A stretch of DNA of 64,000 nt from assembly GCA_964016885.1 (NCBI GenBank), contig OZ024742.1:187674001-187738000 (forward strand), written 5' to 3'. Source of the stretch: Eledone cirrhosa (Eukaryota). The notes beneath the pieces are model-generated. The model was not told the origin of the DNA and made no database searches. It saw only the letters and a program-made list of their open reading frames with translations. This document shows positions 1 through 13,524 of this stretch, piece by piece; the first letter of the stretch is position 1, and each line of letters opens with the position of its first letter. Made by a program: the position numbers and the translations under genes.

Positions 1-299
1 AAGATGTGTTTGTTGGCCGTCGCATCTATAATGCACCATGCGGTCAACGATACATTTCAACGCATCTCCTTTATGACAATATCTGACACGAAGTCAAGGA
101 GCAACAGATGTAGTAACCTGTCTCGTTTATTTCAGTGATTAAAATGCTCATGTATATATAATCATCGAGGTATGTCTTTTATGAACTGTTTGTTGCGCAT
201 TCACTTACAAAAAAACATATATAAGAGATGTTCATACAACCAAACTAGGGAAGTGAACAAATCCTCTAAACATTTAACACTTGGCAGTGAAAATATGTT

Positions 300-553
300 T
301 AACTATGTAGTCCAACAATAATGGTTAGAATGTCCCAGAAAAGAATCGTTGGACAGATTTTACGGGCAAAACTAACTGGCAGGAGACCCAGGTATAGAGC
401 CCGAGTAAGATGGTTGGATAACATCCATGAACTTGACCGGTATCAGTTGGGGATCCAGCCGGATTATTTAGAGACAGTTGCTTCTCACAGGACCCGTTAG
501 GAGTGTATGAGGACTGCTCCCATGACCCGCACAGTAATAAGTGGGCGAAGAAG
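300..553 (+). mobile_element. 3' fragment of an RTE-like LINE
   Basis: Translates as MVRMSQKRIVGQILRAKLTGRRPRYRARVRWLDNIHEL, resembling the G-R-R-x-R-G-R-P-x-x-R-W-x-D C-terminal motif of RTE ORFs; degenerate. Confidence 0.55.
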
Positions 554-835
554 AGTTCAATGAATTTAATGTGGGTTTATTTTGTAGATGAATTCACGTG
601 TCTGTTGATTCGATACTTGTTGAGTATCATGTCTACTCGTGAACGTATGGAGTAGTTGTTAATTGAAAATTTATGAATGACTTGGCAAATATTACGAGTT
701 GAAGTGTGATGGATTATTTCACTAAGTTAATAAAGATATTGACTGTTAACACGGATTATTATAAGTAATGAAGGATTTCTAGTAGATTCGCTGTTTAGTT
801 TGTCAATGTATTTATGAAGATATATATAAAATATG

Positions 836-1032
836 ATTTCTAGTATAGGCACAAAGGGGGAGGAGAAAGTCGATTAAATACACAGTAGTTACTGGTGCTT
901 TATTTTATTGACACCGTAAGGATGACAGGCAAAGTTAACCTCGGCGTGATTTGAACTCAGACCGTAAAGGGGCGTAACTCTATTCTGCAAAGCATGACGT
1001 CCGACCGTCTACCGATACAGCCAGTCCACCAC
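836..1032 (-). mobile_element. tRNA-derived SINE, family A
   Basis: Reverse complement matches the copy at 43579-43764 (GAGTTCAAATC B box, CTTTGCCTTTCATCCTTACGGGGTCGATAAAATAAAGTACCAG core). Confidence 0.8.
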
Positions 1033-1187
1033 GCTGTATATGCAAAATATAATAGAAATAGATATATTCATCTGTTTAAAAGATAAAAAAATAATGTCAA
1101 AATGTTACAAACCATGAGGTGTATAGTTGTTTAAGTGGTTTTGTGTGTATTTACCATGGTTTCCGGGCCACAAGAGCTTTCTGCGTG

Positions 1188-1270
1188 TATTGGGTCGTCA
1201 AGTAAGAAATTTGTAGAAATTTCTAGAACAAAAACACATGTTTACATATTTCATACTTGAAGACCCAATA
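1188..1270. mobile_element. ~80 bp mariner-type MITE
   Basis: TA-TTGGGTCGTCAAGTAAGAAAT...ATTTCATACTTGAAGACCCAA-TA terminal inverted repeats; second copy at 33902-33984. Confidence 0.7.
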
Positions 1271-1857
1271 ATTGGATACTCCCTTTCATATGAATAGTAT
1301 CTGTAATTCATATAAATGGTATCTGGGAAGTGGGGAGAGAATAAATGAAAGTGAAAGAATCCACTAATATTTTAGCACTGTGTGTTAAGCTCAATGCGTT
1401 ATTCAGTTAAAAACCTGCAGGAATCAAACTCCAGGGTGCAATCCAAAGGGCTATGCTACTGGTAGATGAAGACGATAAAAGCCAGAGAGCATAAATAATC
1501 AATTCCGACAGAATACTAAATTAGTTATTGAATTACAATAATTTATTTCTATGATTTTTTTAATAAGGTGAACCGAATTAATTAATCAGTCAATCAATCA
1601 TTTATATAGCAGAAAACATGTCTCCTGGTATCGCCAGGAAATATAGATCAATTAAGAGTTACTTAGTCCCGTTAAGTTAATATATAGGGAAGCATTCAAA
1701 ATGTGAAAGAAAACATGATAGATAAACGGGATGTTGTATACGTAAAGAATAACGCCTTAACTTAAGCATTTTGCAAGAATGCATTGTATAAGATGTAAAA
1801 TATGTTTAAAGAGAAACTTAAACAGAATTGAAAGTCTCTACGTATAGCGAAACTGAT

Positions 1858-2040
1858 AATGATTTCTATTTTAGGTACAATGCCAGCAATTTTGGGGAGG
1901 GAAAAGTCCGTTAAATCGACCCCGTAAGGATGAAAGGCAAAGCTAACCTCAGCGGGATTTGAACTCAGAATGTAAAGGGGTATAACCCTATGCTGCAAAG
2001 CATGGCGTCGGGCTCTCTACCGACACTGCCAATCCACCAT
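1858..2040 (-). mobile_element. SINE family A
   Basis: Same head and core as the other family A copies. Confidence 0.8.
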
Positions 2041-2280
2041 CCTTTTTAGCGAAACTAATAATATTTTTGATTAAGTGCACGGATAAACAATTTGAGCTAA
2101 GGCACATCTAGACATATTCTCCGAGGTAGCATATATATCAAATATTTATATACTTAAACGGGAAAGAGCCAAAGGAAGGACACTTACAAGAGCATTTTAT
2201 GTTTAAAAGAGAGAGCGCATATTGATGATACACATGATTTAAAATTATCCACACCGCTACGGGTAATTACACAAACGGCG

Positions 2281-2326
<46 letters not shown>

Positions 2327-2329
<3 letters not shown>

Positions 2330-2380
2330 TTTCCGTGGTACCTATTATATAATAGATACGACCTCATCAGGCAACTATTG
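2327..2380 (-). ncRNA. Truncated hammerhead ribozyme remnant
   Basis: Minus strand reads CTGATGA-GGTCGTATCTATTATATAATAGGTACCACG-GAAA-TCT and then runs into (TA)n; long imperfect stem II, stem III/I 3' arm missing. Confidence 0.4.
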
Positions 2381-2388
2381 TGTAATCT

Positions 2389-2430
<42 letters not shown>

Positions 2431-2499
2431 TATATAGCGGCCTGAACTTGGCGTTAGAGGAGCAATATCAACATTATTTCATTATATATATATATATAT

Positions 2500-3763
2500 C
2501 ACAGTTAAATACAACTTAACATGTGCATCTGAAAACCTAATCTATGTTTTGACCTGCTCAGGTTATCAAGAGCACGACATAGGACAGACAAAAAAACAGC
2601 CTCCGTCAACGTATGACCGTCCATAGATCACAAATCAAAATACAGGAATAGAGAAAGATTGCTTTTAGTGAACATATCGCCAATTGCTATCTAACCAACA
2701 TCCAAACTTTAAAATGTTCTTCATTTACAAATGCATACATAACGCTTCTTTCTTCCATCGTACCAATAAGGAAACGTACTTCATTAACAAATTCCAGCCT
2801 CTACTTAATGGACTAAATTTCGAACGAAAAATGAATGAAAACCAAATTCCTATGTTCTCTAAAGAGAACACCCTACCTAATCCTTTTTCGTATATAAATG
2901 AATTACCCCCTCTAATTTCTCTCTCCCCTACCTGACAACACTGAATTACCTCTACCTGCATATTAACTCTCTAAAAAGGGAAATCATATCAAACACCAGA
3001 CTACCATTTGCCTCCATCATGGATCAACTAAACGCTCTTGCCATAATAACACATTTGAACTGCTTATCCTCAAGAACTATGCCTGTAAATAATATTATTT
3101 TTTCTTTCTCATTACCTTATCATGTTCCACATCACCCCCTTTTTTGTGTGTGTGTGGGTCTGTTTGTGTGTGTGTATCTGTATGTGTGCGTGTATGTGTG
3201 TGTGTGTGTGTCTGTGTCTGTGTGTGTGTGTGTATGTGTGTGTGTCTCTGGTGTCTCTGTATTGGTCCATGATGGAGGCAAGCTAACATTTGCCTCCATC
3301 ATTGATCAACTAAGCACTCTTGCCATAATAACATATTCTGAACTGCTTATCTTCAAGAACTATGCCTGTAAAAAATATTATTTTTTTCTTTTCCATTACC
3401 TTATCATGTTCCACATTACCTCTTGTTTATTATTTCTTTACACTTCAAAAACCTTGTTCGTAAACAATAATATTCTTTCTTCACCATTTCCTTAACATGT
3501 TCAACATCACCAACATTTTACACCAATACAAATTTCCCCCTTTGATAATGCATAAAATGCTGAAACTGGTAATAGACAATTATTAAATATATAAATAAAT
3601 AAATAAATGTCAGTGTTAATTAATAAATACATTAATTAATACCTTACCACTTCACACAAAGTAAAATATTTTGTTTTAAATATTTTCTAACCCAGAAGAA
3701 AGAGAAAAGAATAAAAGGAAAAACGAATATGTTTCTTCCTAATAATCGTCTTTTTCTCCTTAT

Positions 3764-3768
<5 letters not shown>
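2500..3768 (+). mobile_element. Penelope-like element 3' fragment (GIY-YIG remnant plus 3' UTR)
   Basis: TVKYNLTCASENLIYVLTCSGYQEHDIGQT..SLRQRMTVHRSQI..FSEHIANC is a frameshifted GIY-YIG domain; (TA)n at both ends; UTR repeated at 62433-63140. Confidence 0.8.
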
Positions 3769-3856
<88 letters not shown>

Positions 3857-3870
3857 TATATATATATATT

Positions 3871-3953
<83 letters not shown>

Positions 3954-3979
3954 ATTTATACATATATATATATTTATAT

Positions 3980-4096
3980 TTCGTTTCTGAATTTGTTTAG
4001 CAAGATTCTTTATCTGAAATCGTGTGTTGAAACCGATATTGTTATACTTTGGGAGGGTCATGTTGCCAACATGACCCTCCCAAAGTATAACAATAT
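3980..4096 (-). mobile_element. PLE 3'-terminal fragment with a perfect 30-bp fold-back
   Basis: Near-identical to 15951-16040; 4036-4065 and 4067-4096 are exact reverse complements; embedded in (TA)n. Confidence 0.75.
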
Positions 4097-4787
4097 ATAT
4101 TTATACATATATATATATATTTATACACACATATATATATATATATATATATTTATACATATATATATGCGTCCACAAATGCACACACGGTGTTAAGCTC
4201 ACGATAGGAATGTGATATATTTTGATTGTCGACTGCCGCTTGTCTACCTTAGTAAAACACTTTACTCCACTCCGCTCAACTCAGAATCAGCCCTGAGAAC
4301 TTCGTTTTGGGTACAAGTGTTTTGTGGAAGCTCAGCCACTTAAAGGTGAATTTCACGAGAATACTGTTCCATTGTTGGCCCAACTCGATCAATAATCGTC
4401 GGAAAATATGCATGTGCCTGTGTGTATGCACGATCCTGTGTCTTTATGCATGTATTAACTGTATTGATTTATTTCAGAGAATCCCATTACACAATACTAT
4501 TGAAACAAGATTTCTATAAATGTATATGCGTGTAATTATATACACATATACACTTCCTGATTAAAATATCTCCCTCTCTGTGTGAGCCTATATATACATA
4601 AGTGAGAGTGTGTATGCATGTATGTACATTTGTATGTGTATGTGTATATATGTCTATATGTCTATATGAGTGTATATATCTGTATATGTTTATATATATG
4701 TATGTGTGTGTATTTATATATGTTTATATGAGTGTATATGTATATATATATATGGGATTATATATTTGTATATATATATGTATATAC

Positions 4788-4848
<61 letters not shown>

Positions 4849-5264
4849 GTATATATATATATATATATGTGTGTGTATGTATGTAGGAAAATGTCTATCA
4901 CGAGAAGAATAAAAGCTAAAATTCAACAAAAGAAATTGTTTGCCTTTAGGAAAACAGAAAATACTATAATTGATGCAAAACAAATGATTTTTAAATTAAA
5001 GGGAAAGCAAAAGAAAAGAGAAAATGACACAAATAGGGAGTTTGTCATGTGCACGAATATACTGAACTAAATAGAGTAATAGAATATGGACTACACATAA
5101 CACTCCACCGAATCATAATTCTAACAGCTAAAGTGATTTATTGTTCTGAAGATTCTTAGCAAACGTTTATTTTACGACTATTTTCATTGAAAGAAGTAAA
5201 CAAAAGATGCCACAAACAAATAATCGTTGTTTAAAAGTGAATATACTTTTTCTATTATAAGATG

Positions 5265-5327
<63 letters not shown>

Positions 5328-5569
5328 AACTAGTATATTGTCTATTAAACAGCATTTACATATTACTATAAGACCTATGTACACTTACATTATGCTAAAA
5401 TGTTCACCTTGCCAAACATACACGCGCTCACACGCAAACACAGACATACACATACACATCACATGCACGCATACACATTTGTTGTTAATAGTGACTGTTT
5501 ATTTCGAATGTGTTTCCTACTCTTACTGGTTTATTATATATTAAGAAACCCGTAGAACAAGCATGTATC

Positions 5570-5656
<87 letters not shown>

Positions 5657-5989
5657 GTATAAGTGTGTGTGTGTGTAAATCTATATATATATATATGTGT
5701 GTTGGGGAGGGGGTAAATATGTGTGTGTGTGTATATGGATACAGGGAGCAAGTGACAAAAATATTGTGTGGTCATGGGCCGTACATATGGATGTGTAAAT
5801 TTCGAATGCTAGCGCCAGTACTGCCGGTCTATCTAAGGTAACATTGTCGGTCAAAATAGTTAAGCACTATCATTAGAGTATACGGACGAAAACAAAACTT
5901 ACCTATATAGAATTAAGTGTATGGCATTTAAATCATACAATACCTGACAAAATGGGTCGATTAGACATGGGGACGAAGAGGGAAACTGC

Positions 5990-6033
<44 letters not shown>

Positions 6034-6812
6034 ATATTATGTTAACATCAAACGGTGCCAATCAGATGCAGCAATAACCATATGAACACCATTAGAAGGT
6101 GAAACAACAACTAACTCCGTGAAATCCCCCACCTATCGTCTTAATAAAACGATGGACACATTTGGTTAATGGAGTCCTACATGGAATAAACCCAGATAAA
6201 AAGATGAAGTTGATATACTAGCACTACTAATTATGAATAATGAAAAATGAAGCACACAAATATTAAATAGAAAATTCATATACACAGGAGCAACGGCATT
6301 GTTATATGAAGCTTAATATTAAATCAATAATAATACATTTTACTTTTTTCTCAAAATCATTGATTGTTTTGAGAAAATATTTGAAAAAACCCAAAATATG
6401 CAAAGCTAATAATAATATATATTATATATATATAATTCATAATAACCGCTGAAGCAGCCTCAAGGTAGATTTAAAAAGAATGATTTATGATGTTAATATA
6501 ATGATAACGTTTACCATTTAAATGCATCACTACATGAATTTGAATATATTTTACAAGACTGGTTTTTAATATCAGCAAACATCCCATCATTTTCTCTCTC
6601 AAGTTTTCCTTCTCTTTTTACGTCTAACGCTTCGTGTGTATACACTTATATATACACATGCATAGTGTTTCCTAGTTAGTGAATGGGAGGTGGGGCACAC
6701 AATAAACGTTGCAAATTAGTTTTCATTTAAACTCGAGTAGCAAGAAAAAGTAGCCGGTTTTAATAGGAAGGTGTATATAAATATACGTATATATTTATAA
6801 TTATGCACACAT

Positions 6813-6819
<7 letters not shown>

Positions 6820-6900
<81 letters not shown>

Positions 6901-7046
6901 GTGTGTGTGTGTACATTTACATATATGTGTATTATATATATACATGTGTATATTTACATATATATATATATATGTACATATAAGTACATTTACATATATG
7001 TATATATATATATATATATATATACGTACATATGTGTACATATATA

Positions 7047-7081
<35 letters not shown>

Positions 7082-7082
7082 G

Positions 7083-7177
<95 letters not shown>

Positions 7178-7310
7178 ATATATATGTATGTGTGTATATA
7201 TATGTATGTGTGTGTATATATGTATGTGTGTGTATACATGTATGTATGTGTGTGTATACATGTATGTATGTGTGGATATATATATATATATATATAGATA
7301 TATACACATA
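6820..7310. repeat. Compound (TA)n/(TG)n microsatellite, representative of dozens in the window
   Basis: Seen directly. Confidence 0.95.
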
Positions 7311-8021
7311 TTTATGTTAAATATTTTGATGCTTGTGATAATTACCATGTTGTGAGGTCGGCTCAAGATTTGTGTAAAATTGGATTGTCTGAATCTATAT
7401 AGATATATCTCAGATCAACTCTACCTGTAATTCAATGATCCTCAGTGCCATGCCGTATGTTACACAATTACATTTAAATTCTAAAACAAACGGTTTGTAC
7501 CTGTAAGTCATTGGACCAAGATTTCACTCATTGTGTCACACTGAATTTCTTTTAGTTACGTTAAGGTTACACGAGCTTGTAGAATTTTCAGTCATTTGAA
7601 TTAATATACAAAATAGACTCCACATGTAATTAGCAGGAACCAATCATTCCAGAAAATGTGGCTGAATATGTGAAAATCCGTTAACTATAGACGAATTCGT
7701 GAAATATTCATCAATTCAGGCGTTAATTTAACGTGGCTCCCATTCCGTTAACTGAACGATTGGATCATTCCTCCTGGAATACAACGGGGTTTATTTATAA
7801 ATGTGTATTCTGTAATTGTGGAATTTAGTCCTTTCAAAGCGTTTGAATAAGGGTTGATAGACGGAGAGTGTCTGGCTGCCCGTCAGCTATTGTCAGTAAT
7901 TTGAAGATCCAATCATATCACAGTGTTACACCGATTCTCCCTGATAATTACCAGTACATTTGTTGTGGATGTCGCAGTCGCTTAACATCCCATGAGATGG
8001 CTGGACATTGAGTCAGACTAT

Positions 8022-8207
8022 ATACTCCACAATTAACATAAAAACTGAATACATGAATCGTCTCCAAACTATCGATCCATACTCCACAATTAACACAAAA
8101 ACTGAATACATGAATCGTCTCCAAAATATCGATCCATACTCCACAATTACCACAAAAACTGAATACATGAATCGTCTCCAAAATATCGATCCATACTCCA
8201 CAATTAA
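8022..8207. repeat. 57-bp minisatellite, ~3.3 copies
   Basis: The unit ATACTCCACAATTAAC..AAAACTGAATACATGAATCGTCTCCAAA.TATCGATCC starts at 8022, 8079, 8136 and 8193. Confidence 0.95.
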
Positions 8208-8897
8208 GACACGAAGTAATAAAAAACTGAAATGTGTAGTGACTATAGATAACTTGTTTCCTTCATCTCTAACACGGAGAAAGACTTGAAAACAACAAAA
8301 GACAGACCCTCTAAGGATTGCAATGACCTAAATATAATACGTACCTTAAACCCTAATAAATCAAAGTCAAAATATTTGAAACAATGATTGAACTAATTGT
8401 TTCTGAATTCTGAACCTTGACATCAAGGTAACAAAAGCGTCTTGATGAGACATGCGACTGTTATTGCATGTTAGCTATGTATCCTGGTGGAGGACAGCCA
8501 CCAGTGCAGCAAATCTATCGTGAACTTCCAAACGTTTCACAGATTATTAAATCAACCAATAAGGCTGTGTCACCTTTCATACTTTGGAAACCCTGGCCAG
8601 TCGACCACAAATCCTGTGAACTGACATATCCTTATACCATATCTAGGGACTCTGGATGTATACGTGAAGACATTGGGTGTCGGCATGCTATACAGGCGGG
8701 ATGTTGTGAAGTCGAAATCGACCGCAGCCGAAAGATGATTATTGTAGTTGTAAATCAAAGGGTCCACATTGTCACATAGTGTCATACTGTGCATTGGTTA
8801 CTGGAACAGTCAGCCACTTGCACATTAATTCCTGGACATAAATGGAACCGTCATCGTTGAAATCGATTTAGATGCGTTGTAATAGTGTCATTGATAT

Positions 8898-9080
8898 AAT
8901 TATTTCTACTTTTGGCACAAGGCCGACAATTATCCCAGTGCATTACTGGTACTTTATTTTATCGACCTCGTAAGGATGAAAGGCAAAGTTAACCTCTGCG
9001 GGATTTGAACTCAGATCATAAAGGGCCGTAACTCTTTGCTGCAAAGCATGGCGTCCGACCCTCTACCGATACTGCCAATC
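8898..9080 (-). mobile_element. SINE family A
   Basis: Near full-length match to the other copies. Confidence 0.85.
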
Positions 9081-9970
9081 GAAACATTAAATGTCAACCA
9101 AATAGTAAAAAAAGCTTGTATTAAGTGTATTTGATTTGATATCAAGATTTGATATCTGGCTTAATTTGGCCGTTGCCTGGACGTCTTAATAATTCTTCTA
9201 TGCGCGAATCGCCACACCACCACCACCACCACCACCACCACACACACACTGTCTCTTTGTCAGCATGTAAAAATAAAATTCCATCGAGAAATTTGATGCA
9301 CAATTTCCCTTGAACAGTGATATATATTTTCTCTGTCTGTACCTTTCTTCATTGGAAAGGAAGGAACACGTGACAGTATCGTGCATCGTATGATAATTCA
9401 ATTAGTGGCAATAATTTACGGTTATTAATTTCCTATAAAGCTATATAATTCAATTTCGTTTTGACACTGTCTGTACAAAATTATGGAGTAGTCTTCAGTG
9501 TCGTCGCCGAAGCAATTAAACCAATTTCCAACATTCATCTCCTCGAAATTATGTCGCTCGTAATTCATTTCATGTATGTGTTTACTCACCTTTACTAAGT
9601 GTGCATGTAAGCGTGCATTTGTGTGTTTAGTGTAGGACACGGATGGGTCTCTTCGCAAACTCAGCTAACAGTTCTTGAAAATTAAAAATTTATAAATTCG
9701 CAAAAATGTCTAATAATAGATGAATAAAGATAATTTCAGAATTGCACTTGTTTGGAAAATAGCCTGATCTGTGACCGTGTGTGTCGCATCTAAACATTGT
9801 TCAGGAGTCCATTTAGCCATTCAAAACACACACAAACTGTTAAGTGTCAGTCACCAGGTCGCAAAAATTCGACGAAAGTTTTGTCATTAAGAAATATGAT
9901 AATTATGAATTAAGTTTACCAGTTTTAGTCTATGTTGAATGGATAAATCACTTCAACAATGTGTTGCTAA

Positions 9971-10310
9971 TAATTGTTTCTACTTTAGGCACAAGACCAG
10001 CAATTACTCAGTGCATTACTGGTACTTTATTTTATCGACCACATAAGGATGAAAGGCAAAGTCAACCTCGGCGGGATTTGAACTCAGATCGTTAAGAGAC
10101 GTAACTATGCTGGAAAGCATGGCGTATGACCCTCTACCGATACTGCCAAATGGTTTGATTTAGGTTAAAGGCCAAACATTTGAAGGAGGTGGAAATCAAT
10201 TAAATCAGCCCTAGTGCGTGAATGGTTCTTTATTTTATCGACACTGAATGGATGAAAGGCAAATCTCACGTTGGCAGAATTTGAACGCAGGAAGTAAAGG
10301 GCCGTAACGA
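9971..10310 (-). mobile_element. Two adjacent SINE family A copies (one well preserved, one degenerate)
   Basis: Core motif at ~10010-10090 and again at ~10225-10290. Confidence 0.75.
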
Positions 10311-11346
10311 AATGCAGGGGATGCGAATAACAGCTATTCTGATGATAAATGTTTTTGGAGTGACGATGTACAGATAGGTTTCTTGTCTATTTTCGTTTTA
10401 TACATACATCTTCAGTTTCATGGTTTTACCTTTAATTTGATAGGGTAATGCTAAACTTTAGCTCGCAGTAATGTATTATTTTATGTCCATAAATTGTACT
10501 CTGTATGCATTTTATCGGGAAACTATGATAAATGTCGTTACAGACAAAATGGACGACTGTGAGAACCTATTTTCTCTTCGAAGTTGTTCCTTCTAAATAA
10601 AATCACATATATGATACATCAGCATGCATGAAATCATTTTATATATATCTTATTAAAGTAGACAGAAAAGCTACTCATCAACATTGAGCACTTCAGATCA
10701 GAATAAACTTGAGAAGTAGCAGGTGAGATTTATGTGCTAAATCTATTCAGTGTTGAGATATACTGTGACAACAAGTTCTTATTTTGTCGATATCGATTTC
10801 CTATATTTTGACAAAACCGCACACTGTTAGAAGATACAGTCGATTTTAACACTGAAATCCCGAGGCTAAGTTGGTTAGAGGTCGGATTTTGGAACGTGAA
10901 CTATCAAGCGCTATATTTTTAACATTTGGAAGCTGATAAAAGTAGGATCTATTTCCTAACTGAACTGAATTGTATTATTGGACACGACTGAAGAATGAAT
11001 ATTCATGCATTATTTCTCTCACTCAACACACACACGCATATATATATATATATACATACACACACGCACACACACACACACATACATACACACATATATA
11101 TATATATATTTATATATATGTATATATGTATATGCATATATGTATATACATATACATATATATATACATACATATATGCATATATATGTATATATATGCA
11201 CATATATGCATATACATAAACATATATATATGAAAAAGTGTAGAATAACATCATCAACAGTACAAAAAATGTTTTATTTACTGTATTAACAATTGTTAAT
11301 ACTGATTAAGGTGTCTAAATTTGCTAATCACTTGAAGTTGTGTTAC

Positions 11347-11394
11347 TCAATTTTAAATACAATGTATGCCTAATCAAATCATCAGAATAACTGA
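11347..11394 (-). ncRNA. Degenerate hammerhead-like motif in the PLE 3' UTR
   Basis: TCAGTTATT-CTGATGA-TTTGATTAGGC-ATA-CATTG-TA..AATTGA; GAAA box eroded; stem III ACATTGT as at 63325-63378. Confidence 0.35.
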
Positions 11395-11457
11395 TTAAAA
11401 TTATACACGGCGTTTGTAATATACTAGGAAAATTCAAATCACAACATCAGTAATAAA

Positions 11458-11765
11458 GGAAGAAAAAGAAAAAAGAAAAAAGAAAAAGAGAGAGAGAAAA
11501 AGAAAATAGAAAAAAGAAAAAAGTAAAAAGAAAAAAGAAAAAAAAGAAAAAAAAAGAAAAAAGAAAAAAAGAAAAAAGAAAAAAGAAAAAAGAAAAAAGA
11601 AAAAAAGAAAAAAAGAAAAAAAGAAAAAAAGAAAAAAGAAAAAAGAAAAAAGAAAAAAGAAAAAAGAAAAAAGAAAAAAGAAAAAAGAAAAAAGAAAAAA
11701 GAAAAAAGAAAAAAGAAAAGAAAAAAGAAAAAAAAAAGAAAAAAGAAAAATAAAGAAAATAAAGA
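11458..11765. repeat. (GAAAAAA)n polypurine tract inside the PLE 3' UTR
   Basis: Seen directly. Confidence 0.9.
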
Positions 11766-13461
11766 ATAAATAAATAATAATAAATAAGTTAGAATGAAGA
11801 TGATAAAAAATAAGTAAAAATGTATTTATGTGTGTGAAAAAAAGTGAACATAATACGATTGTTGAAAATAGTTGTGGTGGTGGTTAAAGTATAAAGATGC
11901 GATGGTATAAATATGAAAATATTAAATATATACATACATCTATTGGTTAAATTACAGAGGATTATATTATGAAGAAATAGTATAGTGATAAATAAAGGAT
12001 AAATTAATAAATTGGAAGTTATGTGAGAGGTGAAGAGAACATGATAGGATATAATGGAAGAGGTTTAAATAGTTTTAGGAAGAGAGAGTGAAAGAAAGAA
12101 AGATTAGGAGGTTATCATGTTGATTCAGTGATTAGTTGATCGATTGACAATTAACAATAATGGGTTATTATAATAGACTGCAAGTGGTTTAGTTTGAATC
12201 ATGGGATTGTTGGATTCAGGTTTGAATCATGGGATATTGATTCAGGTTTGAAATTAGGGAATTTAGTAGCTGCTTTATGCCTACAGAAAATTGACCGTTC
12301 TATTTTGCCGTTAAGCAGCATTTTGTCATACTTTAAAAACTTCATATTGCAAAGTCCGCAGTGGGACATTCCATTTCTTAGGGCCTTTGCCCCCGACACT
12401 TTCGACCAGCTAATCCCGTATTCTTGGTTTATATCCTTAAGCTGCAATATTTCATTGGCGAGAGTTCTTGTGTTCATTAGTCTACGGTTCTTTATAGAGT
12501 GTTTGTGAACGTACTATCTTTTTTTGAACTCCCCAGCCGTAGAACCTATGTAGTGCCATGCTAAGAGGCCTGAATATATAGTACATAGGTACACTATATT
12601 TGACTCCAGGTATCTATTTGTAGTGGGCAGTTATCCGGTAAGTGACAGTTACATTTTAAGGCCTTCCTGTGTGCCGTGCCTTCGATTCGGTTTTGTTTGT
12701 TGTTATGTATGGGTTGAGATTTGGGTTTGTTGATGTTTTGTTGTGATGCGTTCTGACGTGTGTGTGTGGTGGCGATGTTGTTATGTGTTTGTGTTTTGTA
12801 TTTGATGTTATGGTGTTTGTTTGTAGGTTATCTTCATTAGAGATTCTTTTATAGTGAATTTTAAGTACGTGTGATTCTATGTTGGCTGCAGTAGAGTAAG
12901 ACAGTTTGATAGTTTTTCTATTAAAGATTTTATGAAGTTTAGGGAAGTGCTTGTCAATTAGTTTAAAGAATGTAGAAGGTAGTTTGGTTTTTATAGAGAA
13001 GTTAAATATTGGATTGAAACATAAGTATTTCCTATCTCTGTATTTTCTATAGTTCCTAGGAGTCCTAATATTAGTTTTCGGTTCATTTCTTTCTGGTGCT
13101 CGTTGTCTATTTCATTGTTTAGTCCTATATTTGCTATTCCTATAGGTGTGGGTGGTGTTATTGTTGTTTGTATCTGGTATGTATTTCAGCCTCTCTTTGT
13201 GGCATGCCTTAAATAAAACTATGTTGTAGTAGTTTGCGTGTTCATTAAAAATCTCTAGGTTAGAAGATAAGCGTGAAATTCTAAGGGATACACTATGTGC
13301 TATGCAGTGAATTATGGAGCGAGGGTGGTTTGAGTTATAACCAATGTAGGGTAGATTTTTATGGAAGGGTCCTCTTAGTTCTGTGTTTAGGTTGAGTGAT
13401 ACATCTAAGAAGTTAGCTTCTTCAGAATTTTTATTATATAAGCATATATATAAATGTATGC

Positions 13462-13521
<60 letters not shown>

Positions 13522-13524
<3 letters not shown>

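Larger units (their letters stand above)
11230..13432 (-). mobile_element. 5'-truncated Penelope-like element (RT C-terminus, GIY-YIG, long 3' UTR)
   Basis: Minus strand gives NFLDVSLNL..NHPRS, KCNCHLPDNCPL..SNIVYLCTI..HYIGSTAGEFKKR and HCGLC..CRH; same type as the 41-43 kb element; stops and frameshifts; bounded by TA-rich microsatellites. Confidence 0.85.

Noticed and set aside
3729-7366. Many long ORFs such as [12 protein letters not shown] and THTHTH here and throughout the window
   Set aside because: Stop-free translations of dinucleotide microsatellites, not proteins.
8022-8207. Regularly spaced repeats resembling a CRISPR array
   Set aside because: No unique spacers, no cas genes and a eukaryotic context; this is a plain minisatellite.
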